Shown: positions 18,951-27,300 of the stretch, one piece after another
How positions within the stretch are numbered: position 1 is the first letter of the stretch
Layout: every line of letters begins with the position of its first letter
Assembly: GCA_016196035.1 (NCBI GenBank)
Contig: JACPYM010000015.1
Span: 64,525 to 128,524, forward strand
Origin: Acidobacteriota bacterium
GTDB taxonomy: Bacteria; Acidobacteriota; Blastocatellia; RBC074
Direction of reading: 5' to 3'
DNA: 64,000 nucleotides
Notes under the pieces: model-generated
Database searches by the model: none
What the model saw: the letters and a program-made list of their open reading frames with translations, nothing else
Told to the model about the DNA's origin: nothing
Position numbers and translations under genes: made by a program

Positions 18951-19976
18951 ATGACGCCAACCCAACCCGTGCCGCAACCCGGCGATGTAATGATGCAGAT
19001 GATCTTTAACTTCTGGACGACGCGCGCACTGTATGCCGCCGCCAAACTCGGCCTCGCCGATTTGGTCAAGGACGGGCCACAAACTGCCGCGCAATTGGCG
19101 GCGGCGACAGGGACGCACGCTCCCTCGCTTTATCGCCTGTTGCGCGCGCTCGCCAGCGTCGGCGTGTTTGCCGAAGACGAGCAAGGACGGTTTGCGCAAA
19201 CGCCGCTGTCAGACATGTTGCGCACCGACGCGCCGGTTTCGTTGCGCTGGACGGCCCTGGTCGAACTCGGCCAGGAGCATTTCGTGGCCTGGAGCAACTT
19301 GCTGCACAGCCTCGAAACGGGCGGCATCGCGTTTGAAGATCATTACAAAATGAATTGCTGGGAGTATTACGCGCAGAATCCCGAACACGCACAGAACTTC
19401 AACAATTCGATGACCGGGTTTACCGCCCTGGTCAATCAGGCCTTGCTGGCGGCCTATGATTTCAGCGGCATCAACACGCTGGTGGATGTGGCGGGCAGTC
19501 TGGGTGCGCTGTTAGCGGCGGTGCTGCCGCGCTATCCGCACATGCGCGGCGTGCTGTTTGATCAACCACACGTCATTGCTGATGCCGGGCCGTTGCTTGA
19601 AGCAGCAAACGTGCGCGCACGTTGCGAAATTGCCGGCGGCGATTTCTTTCAGGCAGTGCCGGCGGGCGGCGATGCTTACTTCTTGAAATTCATCATCCAC
19701 GATTGGGATGACGAGCGCGCGCTGGCGATCTTGCAAACAGTGCAGCGCGCCATGCCCGCACACGGCAAATTGCTCTTAGGCGAAATGGTCGTGCCGCCGG
19801 GCAACGAGCCGAGTATGAGCAAGTTTCTGGACTTGAATATGCTGGTGATGCTGGGCGGACGCGAACGCACGGCGGAGCAGTTCCGCGACCTGTTCCAACG
19901 GGCGGGCTTCCGGCTCACGCGCATTGTGCCGACGCACTCGCCGATGTGTGTGATCGAAGGGGAAAAAGTCTCCTGA
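18951..19976 (+). CDS. class I SAM-dependent O-methyltransferase (COMT/ASMT-like, with an N-terminal dimerisation domain)
   Basis: Plant-type OMT architecture: a wHTH dimerisation region (LGLADLV...AAQLA), then LVDVAGSLGALL (motif I variant), FDQPHV and GGDFF. Confidence 0.8.
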   Translation: MTPTQPVPQPGDVMMQMIFNFWTTRALYAAAKLGLADLVKDGPQTAAQLAAATGTHAPSLYRLLRALASVGVFAEDEQGRFAQTPLSDMLRTDAPVSLRWTALVELGQEHFVAWSNLLHSLETGGIAFEDHYKMNCWEYYAQNPEHAQNFNNSMTGFTALVNQALLAAYDFSGINTLVDVAGSLGALLAAVLPRYPHMRGVLFDQPHVIADAGPLLEAANVRARCEIAGGDFFQAVPAGGDAYFLKFIIHDWDDERALAILQTVQRAMPAHGKLLLGEMVVPPGNEPSMSKFLDLNMLVMLGGRERTAEQFRDLFQRAGFRLTRIVPTHSPMCVIEGEKVS

Positions 19977-20051
19977 GCCTGTTCGATTTGCACTCAGGTG
20001 CGGGCGGCTCAATGTTGTATCGTCGTTGCGCCGCCTTTGCTTTGCGTCAGG

Positions 20052-23000
20052 TCAATCCAAACGCCAGCCCCAGAGCGTGCGTTGCCGCGTGTAAACGCGC
20101 ACCGAATTGTCATGCTCGCCCGTCACGAGCCGCTTGCCATCAGGTGCGAAAGCGACGGAGAGTACCGATGGTTTGTGCGTGCCGACATTGCCGAGAAAAC
20201 GCCGCCGCGCGACATCCCACAACGCTACCGTCTCGTCGTCGCTGGCCGAGGCGAGCACGCCTCCGTCTGGCGCGAAGGAGAGCGCTTCGACATTGGCCTT
20301 GTGCCGCCCGATGAAGCCGAGGTCTTGCAACGGCGCGACCTGCCACAACCGCAGCGCCCCGGAATTTTCGCCCGTCGCCAGCCGCTGGCTATCGGGCGCA
20401 AACGCGACGGCCACGAGGTTCTGTTTATTGGGGACGATTGCCTCTCGGAACCGCCAACTCCCAACTTCCCACAAATAGACGTGGCCGCCCGTTGCCACAC
20501 ACGCCAGCCATTTGCCGTCAGGCGAAAACGCCGCGCTGTGAATTTCCGGTGATGCAGAATCTTTCAGCGGCGCAAAATCAACCGCCACGCGCCCGTCTTC
20601 AAGCGCATAAACGCCAAAGGTCGTCGCCACCCATTTTTGATCGGGCGAGAGGGTGACACAGTAGCCGAGGTCGGACTCGCGTTTGTGCAACGGCGCAAAA
20701 CTACGCAGCAGCGCGCGCGTCGTGGCGTCCCACAGCAGCACACGTCCATAAATATCGCTGGCGACAACCCGCCGTCCATCCGCCGAAAACGCGGTGGCGG
20801 CGAGCGGCGCGCCTTGCCCTGACAGGACGCCGCGCTTCAAACCGCTGGCCGCGTCCCAAAGAATGATAGAGCGATCTTCGCTGGCCGAAGCGATCATTTG
20901 CCCGTCGGGTGAAAAGCTCACGCTGCGCACCACGCCGCTGTGTTCGGCGAAATTGGCCGCCAGTTCTTGCTCGGCGATGTCCCAAACCATAATCGCACCA
21001 TCGCCGTGCGTCGAGATCAAGCGTTTGGAATCGCGGGTGAATGCCAGACCCGTGACAATGTCGCGGCAGACGAAGCGCGCCAGTTTAGCCTGTGTTTGCG
21101 CGTCCCAGACGATGATGTTCTCGCTGCCCGTCGCCACCAGTCGGCCGTCGGGCGAATAAGCCACCGCGCGCCCGTGATCGCGGTGCGCGGGATAACGCCC
21201 AAGCAACTTGCGCACACCTGAACTCCAAAACCGGCTCACGTCCCAGAAGCCCACGAAGCCACTGTTATCCACCGTCGCCAAACGCGCGGCATCAGGCGCG
21301 AGTGCACAATAGCTCCAGCTCGGTTCGGCACTACTCGTGCGGAACTTCCCCGTCATCCACTCAAGGCTCTGCCAATCTCCGGTAATTAGCGCGCGGCTGT
21401 CGGGTGAAAACAGCTTGGGGCTGTAGCTTGGCAATTGAACGATGTTGCGCCACGTCCCCACTTCCCAAAACAGCAAATTCGCCGGCCCCGACGCAGCCAG
21501 CCAGCGGCCATTTGGCGTGAAAGCAATCGTCTCAATGCCGTGGTGCGGCGCAGGCAAGACCGCCGCCTGCGTCAAACACAGCGCGTCCCAAACAATGGTG
21601 CGCCCTTCGGAACTGGCGCTGGCAAACCATTGGCCGTCCGGTGAAAAGGCCACGGCGCTGACGGGGCCGCTATGTGCCAGCAACGTCGCGCGCCGTTCGC
21701 CACGCGCTACATCCCAAACGATCACCGCGTTATCATTGCCGACCGTGACCAGCGTCCGGCCATCCGGCGCGAGCGCCAAGGCGCGCGCCATGTCTTGATG
21801 CCCGTCGTGCAAAATCCGCTCTTGCCACTGCTCTGCGCGCGAAAGCAACGCCGCAACGCCAAACGTGATGGCCGCCACGAGCGCCGCCCACGCGGCCCAT
21901 TTACCTAGCGCATTGAACAAGCTCTTCCGCAACAACGCGCGTTCCAGCTTTCCGCTTTTGAATTCAGACGCCCGCCAAGCTGTCCACCACGCGCTGAACG
22001 GCAGCCGCGTGCCCGCGTCCAGCGCCGCCAGCGCCACGTATTGATTGAGCAGCCGATTGGCTTGTTGCACGCGCACCCAGCGCCGCGCCCCTTTTGCGCC
22101 CGGTGCTTCGGCCAAGCGGCCCGGCAACGGGGGATTCAATTCCTTGAGCGCCTCCCACAACTCTTCGGCTGAATCATACCGGTCGTCAGGACGCTTGCGC
22201 ACCGCACGCGCCACAATCACTCCCAACGCCGCTGGAATGGGCGCGGGCAATTCAGCCAACACCGCCAACTCATCCGCGCTCACCAACGCGGCCAGCTTCG
22301 CTTCCGCGCTCTTGTCTGCCAACGGATGCCGCCCAGCCAGCAGCTCCGCCAGCAATATGCCGAACGAAAAGATGTCGGTGCGTTTGTCCACTTGTGCGCC
22401 GCGCGCCTGTTCGGGCGCGAGGTAATCCGGCGTGCCGACGACCGCCCCAGCCAGCGTCAGTGATGGGGCGACAGTTGTTTCTGTTGCTCCCTGTCCTCCG
22501 GCCTCTCCGTCACCCGTTCCCAACTTGGCGATACCGAAATCCAGCACCTTGACCAGCCCGTCGCCGCGCAGCATCACGTTTTCTGGCTTGATGTCACGGT
22601 GGATAATGCCAGCTTGATGGGCGGTGTGCAGCGCGCCCGCAATTTGCGTGGCGATGCGCACAGCTTCGGGCCACATCAGCGCGCCCGCCTGCAAGTGTTC
22701 GCGCAAGGTGACGCCCTCGATGTATTCCATCACGATGAAGGGCAGCCCATCGCGCTGGCCTGTCGCGTGAATCGTGACGATGTTCGGGTGATTGAGCGCC
22801 GAAGCCGCCTGCGCCTCGCGTTCAAACCGCCCAAGCCACGCGGCGTTTTTGGCGAACAGTTCCGGCAAGACTTTGACCGCGACCAACCGTCGTTTCAGCC
22901 GCAAGTCTTCGGCTAGGTAAACACGCCCCATCCCGCCGCGCCCCAATTCGCGCACGATGAAGTAGGCATCGAATTCGCGCCCCAGCAACGCGCCGTCTGC

Positions 23001-23216
23001 GGCGGCCAGCACGCGCGCCAGCTTGTCCGCCGCCGCAGTTTCCAACAACCGGTCGCCGGTCAGGTCGTGCGCCAGCAGCGATGCCACCTCACGCCGCAAT
23101 TCGTCGTCGCCCGCGCAAGCTTCGTCCAAAAAGGCCGCGCGTTCAGCCGGCGGCAAGCGGCTGGCCTCGGCAAAGAGCCGTTCGATCAGGGCATTGCGTT
23201 CGTCGTTGTTGTTCAT
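20052..23216 (-). CDS. membrane Ser/Thr protein kinase with a C-terminal WD40 beta-propeller array
   Basis: Hanks motifs are present: GRGGMGRVY, VAVKVL, HRDIKPENVML, DFGIAK, GTPDYLAPE. One TM segment (WAAWAALVAAITFGVAALL) is followed by about 14 WD40-like repeats (SPDG...LATG...D..V.LWD). The probable start is ATG 23216, with a GAGGA RBS. Confidence 0.85.
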   Translation of the reverse strand: MNNNDERNALIERLFAEASRLPPAERAAFLDEACAGDDELRREVASLLAHDLTGDRLLETAAADKLARVLAAADGALLGREFDAYFIVRELGRGGMGRVYLAEDLRLKRRLVAVKVLPELFAKNAAWLGRFEREAQAASALNHPNIVTIHATGQRDGLPFIVMEYIEGVTLREHLQAGALMWPEAVRIATQIAGALHTAHQAGIIHRDIKPENVMLRGDGLVKVLDFGIAKLGTGDGEAGGQGATETTVAPSLTLAGAVVGTPDYLAPEQARGAQVDKRTDIFSFGILLAELLAGRHPLADKSAEAKLAALVSADELAVLAELPAPIPAALGVIVARAVRKRPDDRYDSAEELWEALKELNPPLPGRLAEAPGAKGARRWVRVQQANRLLNQYVALAALDAGTRLPFSAWWTAWRASEFKSGKLERALLRKSLFNALGKWAAWAALVAAITFGVAALLSRAEQWQERILHDGHQDMARALALAPDGRTLVTVGNDNAVIVWDVARGERRATLLAHSGPVSAVAFSPDGQWFASASSEGRTIVWDALCLTQAAVLPAPHHGIETIAFTPNGRWLAASGPANLLFWEVGTWRNIVQLPSYSPKLFSPDSRALITGDWQSLEWMTGKFRTSSAEPSWSYCALAPDAARLATVDNSGFVGFWDVSRFWSSGVRKLLGRYPAHRDHGRAVAYSPDGRLVATGSENIIVWDAQTQAKLARFVCRDIVTGLAFTRDSKRLISTHGDGAIMVWDIAEQELAANFAEHSGVVRSVSFSPDGQMIASASEDRSIILWDAASGLKRGVLSGQGAPLAATAFSADGRRVVASDIYGRVLLWDATTRALLRSFAPLHKRESDLGYCVTLSPDQKWVATTFGVYALEDGRVAVDFAPLKDSASPEIHSAAFSPDGKWLACVATGGHVYLWEVGSWRFREAIVPNKQNLVAVAFAPDSQRLATGENSGALRLWQVAPLQDLGFIGRHKANVEALSFAPDGGVLASASDDETVALWDVARRRFLGNVGTHKPSVLSVAFAPDGKRLVTGEHDNSVRVYTRQRTLWGWRLD

Positions 23217-23228
23217 AGGTATCCTCAA

Positions 23229-23267
23229 GCTGCCGGGGTGCGCTGCCGGGGTGCGCTGCCGGGGTGC
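23229..23267. repeat. three perfect tandem copies of the 13-mer GCTGCCGGGGTGC
   Basis: The copies lie at 23229-23241, 23242-23254 and 23255-23267. They sit between the kinase start and the big palindrome. Confidence 0.95.
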
Positions 23268-23349
23268 GGTACCGGGAGCAGTAGCGACCGGGTGACTCCG
23301 AGTGCGTATGACTCGGAGTCACCCGGTCGCTACTGCTCCCGGTACCGCA
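23265..23349. repeat. long perfect palindrome (39-bp stem, 7-nt loop) overlapping the 3' end of the ECF sigma gene
   Basis: 23265-23303 (TGCGGTACCGGGAGCAGTAGCGACCGGGTGACTCCGAGT) is the exact reverse complement of 23311-23349. The right arm encodes the last codons (AVPGAVATG, then stop) of the sigma factor. Confidence 0.95.
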
Positions 23350-23945
23350 TCTTTTTCACCCGTCAGCGCGCGCCGCAACCACGCCTTGCCGAATTTCAAA
23401 TCCTCCGTCACCGTCGCCGCCGAAACGCCGAGCGATTCGGCAATCTCGTTCCCTTGCATGCCGCCGAAGTATTTCAACACGACCACCTCGGCCACGCGCG
23501 GATGCCCCGCCGCCAGCAACGTCAGCGCCTCGTGCACGGCCAGCACTTCGGTCAGCCGTTCTTCCTCGACACGCACGGCCTCGTCCAGTGTGACCCGTTG
23601 CGCATCGGCGCCGTGTTTTTGATAGCCCCGCGCGCGCGCCAGTTCCACCAGCACGTGCCGCATCACGCGCGCCGCCACGGCAAAGAAATGCGCGCGGTCA
23701 CGCCAGTGCGGCACCTCGCCGCCGACCAGCCGCAGCCAGGCTTCGTGGATGAGTTCGGTCGTTTGCAGCCCCAGCCCGGCGCGCTCCCGCCGCAAATAGC
23801 CGTGCGCCAGCCGGTGCAATTCGGCGTAAACCAGCGGCGCCAGGCGCTCCAATGCCGATTCGTCGCCGTTGCTCCAGGCCAGCAGCAATTGCGTGACTTC
23901 GCCTGTTTGCGAGGGGCGTGGTGTTGCGGAATCCGGTTGAACCAT
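23319..23945 (-). CDS. ECF-type RNA polymerase sigma factor (TIGR02999-like, the kinase-associated ECF group)
   Basis: N-terminal TQLLLAWSNGDESALERL, region 2 ELIHEAWLRL, region 4 HTH NEIAESLGVSAATVTEDLKFGKAWL. It lies directly upstream of the Ser/Thr kinase on the same strand. Confidence 0.85.
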   Translation of the reverse strand: MVQPDSATPRPSQTGEVTQLLLAWSNGDESALERLAPLVYAELHRLAHGYLRRERAGLGLQTTELIHEAWLRLVGGEVPHWRDRAHFFAVAARVMRHVLVELARARGYQKHGADAQRVTLDEAVRVEEERLTEVLAVHEALTLLAAGHPRVAEVVVLKYFGGMQGNEIAESLGVSAATVTEDLKFGKAWLRRALTGEKDAVPGAVATG

Positions 23946-23998
23946 CGGTGTGCTCCACGTGCTGTTGCTGAATGTGTACGATCAAGGCCGCGCCAACC

Positions 23999-24099
23999 GT
24001 ACCGTAGGCTGCGCGAGCCTGCGGCAAACTCGGCTGCAAACCTACCGGAACAATGGGCACAAACGCCAAGCCGCCGCAGGCTCGCGCAGCCTACGGTAC
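23999..24099. repeat. long perfect palindrome (27-bp stem, 47-nt loop) in the divergent sigma / giant-gene control region
   Basis: 23999-24025 (GTACCGTAGGCTGCGCGAGCCTGCGGC) is the exact reverse complement of 24073-24099. Confidence 0.9.
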
Positions 24100-24328
24100 A
24101 GTCCGCAGCCCCGAAAAATTTACAGAAAGAATCTATTTTTGCGCGCGCCGCTAAATTTCCGCGCCGTTTTCGCGCTTATCGTGATGGAGACTGTTGCCCA
24201 GTCTCCGCAGCGGCTGATCGCCGGATTGCCTTGTCGAACATTTCGCTGATGGGCGGCACTGTAGCATCGGCTGTCAGCCGCGGCAATTCCCCTACGAATC
24301 ATTCCGATGAGCCAAGGAGAAAATAACG

Positions 24329-27300
24329 ATGCTGCATCCACATCCATTCGCATTGCCGCGCACGAAATCCACCGCTGTCACCTCGCGCGATCTGAAGGCC
24401 TGCCTTGTGCGTCTTCTGATGTTATTGCTGGTACTCAATCCCGTCTTCGCGGCACGCGCGGATTTGAAGCATCCTCAGCCGGAAAACCAGCCTGTTACGG
24501 TTGCGGGGAGGGCCGGATTGGTGAATTCGCCACCGCCCTCTGCCGCACAAGCCAAGCGGCCGCAAGATCAACTGACGCTGGCGGAGATGGCGGCGCTGGA
24601 TGATGAAATCACGCTCGACAAACGCCAAGCCGACAAAATGATTTTCGCTGTCTTTGCCGGCAACAATCTGCGGCAACGGCGCTTGAGCGAACTGCTCGGC
24701 CCTGCGCTCGCCGTCTTGGTGGAAGCCTACAAACTCAGTCCCGCCTTGAATCCGAACGAGCTTGCGCCGCTTTTTCAGATCAGCCGCAACAACCTGCCGC
24801 AGGCGCGCGTGCAACCGCCGAAGAGCCTGTTGCGCACGGGCATCGTGGCGGCCACGGAAATCGCCACGGCCATCAATGGCAAAGCGCCGGCTGTCACGCC
24901 CGCCATCGTCGAGAAGATCAATCTCGACTTGCGCACCGACGACTTTCTCGATCCCAACGCCTTCAACCCCTTCACCGACGTGCTCAAGCCGGTGCAATAC
25001 GCGCTGCTCGACGTGAAGGTGGACGAATTCGTCCAGGCCAAGCTCGAAGAGGCCTTTGATCTGGCGATTGTCAATGAGGCCTTTTACACGGCTTTCACGC
25101 GCGCCTTTGGCGATTACCTCGGTGTGGGGATGTTCGATGGCGCGGCGGCGATCTTGCAAAACAGCCCGGTCGCGCCGGATTACTTAAAAGCTTACCTCAA
25201 ACCCAATGGCAATCTGTCCGTGTTCATGGCCGACGCGGTGGCGAAATCTGACGAACAATTCGATCTGGCGAAGACGGCGACGGATGAAAATCTGAAGTTG
25301 TTGGGCGAAATCAACACCAACCAGTTCACGCCTTCGCCCCAGGCGACGCTGGCGCTGCGACAAGCGGCGAACTCAGAGACGGCGGATCTCGCCAGCCTGC
25401 TGGCAGGCGACCCGGAGGAAGACAAATTCCTGAAGCGCGAAAAGCTCATCAATCAAATCGGCAATGGCATCAACGTGCTGGCCAAAGTCGTCGGATTTTT
25501 CAGCCGCGACAATGCGGAAAAAATCAGGAAAGTCGGCCAGAGCGTGATCAAGTTCGCCAAAGATGCGAACAACTTCGTCAAATACGCGCGGTTGATTGCG
25601 ACCAATCCGTTAGTGCGCAATTTCAAGTTCGTGAGCTTGCTGCCGCTGGGCAATCCGTTGATGGCGATAGGCGTGTTGGGCATCGCGTTCGCGGCCATCA
25701 AGATTTTCAAGCTGTTCGGTTCCGACAGTCGCGTTCTCAAACAACTCAAGCAAATCGCCGCACAGATCAACACCTTGCGCCAGGAAATGCACGAACGCTT
25801 TGACCGCATTGACCACCAGTTGGACATCCTTTACTTCAAGATGACCGATGGCTTCAACCGGATGATTGAACTGGGCATTTATCCGATTCAGGAGGATTTG
25901 ATTAAGGTGCATGCGGAACTCAACCGGCTGGAAAGCCGCGTGTACGACTGGATTGACGCGGACTCACGCCGCACCCTGAACGAAACCATCAACCTTGCCA
26001 TCGGGTACAAGCGGCGCAATGGCTTGGAGATGAGTGCGCAGGATTTCGACCGCTACGCCAACACGTTTTACACTTGGGCGTTCACCAACTCGAAGGACCC
26101 TATCGCGCTCGGCTCGCTCAATCGGGATTACAGCGACAGCAAAATCTACGACGAACTCAGCAATTACCCGCTTGAAGCGAACATCAATTACCTGGCGCAA
26201 TTCCCGGCGCGTAATCTGGGTTTGCCCGCCTTGTCGAATGTGCTGTTGCCCAATCCGCGTTACTGGTCAGTGAGCACAAGTGCCGATACGCAACTGCGCG
26301 CCGAATGGCCGGCCCTCAATCAGCAAATCGCCACGCCGGAGCGCCGGCGCGGGATGTATGACCTGGGCCGCCAATTGCAGGATTTCGTCGAAGCCATCAC
26401 GCTGCTCAAAACCGCCACGGGCGTGCGCGCCAATCACCCGTTGGTTGACGCTTTGCTGTCCAAGTACGACGCCAAAGCCGATAAGCTGCGCGCGGCGTTG
26501 AAGAAGATCGAGGACGATTACAAAAACGACCCGGCCAATACCAAACCCACCGAGCAGATCAAAAACGTCAGCCTCTGGCTCGACGCCAATCAAGCACCGC
26601 CGCTGGCCGCGCCCGCCAGCGTGCCGACTTGCCTGAGTCCCGCGCCCGTCACGCTCGCGCCGCCCAGCAACATCGAACGGCTGGGCACGGCCATGCCCGC
26701 GCCGTTTCGCACGGCGGCGCGGCTGGGGCTGGGCGATTTGCGTTATTGCACGACGGTGGATTGGGGCGCGATCAGCGGGCAGACGACCAATCTGACTATC
26801 AGCTTTGAAATGCGTTACCGCGCGCAGCCGACCGACAACACGTCTTACCTCAAGCTCAGCCTGGCGGGTTTGGGGCCAATCACGGTAGGCGATTACACCA
26901 CATTGACGAACCGCTGGAACGCCAGTTGGAAAGCCGAGTTCGAGCAGCGGGCGATTTTGGAAAACCGCTACACCACGGCCCAGATCAATGCGATTGCCAC
27001 GAGCGTGGAAGAGATTCTGCATCGGCATCGCGCGGCGCTCGCCGCGAAAATCGCCAGCGAACTCGCGCGCGTCGGCCCGGCGCAAAGCGCGACACGCGAG
27101 TTGGCTGGCGTCAAAAAATTGATCGTGGCCTATCTCTCTTTTGGCATGTCGCGTTCGCTGGAAGAGAACGACGCCTTGCGCGGCCTGCTCAATGGCGATC
27201 AACAATTGCCTGACGATGTGTATCTCACACAAGTCTACGACACCATCCGCCTCGCACCGCCGGGCAGCGCCTTCCCCAACGGCGACATTCAAGTGCTGAC

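Noticed and set aside
23229-23267. Possible CRISPR-like array
   Set aside because: It consists of only three contiguous 13-bp units with no spacers. No CRISPR repeat-spacer architecture or cas genes occur anywhere in the window.
23067-24326. 419-aa plus-strand ORF spanning the sigma gene, both palindromes and the tandem repeats
   Set aside because: It reads through non-coding repeats and is antisense to the ECF sigma gene. It is an artefact.
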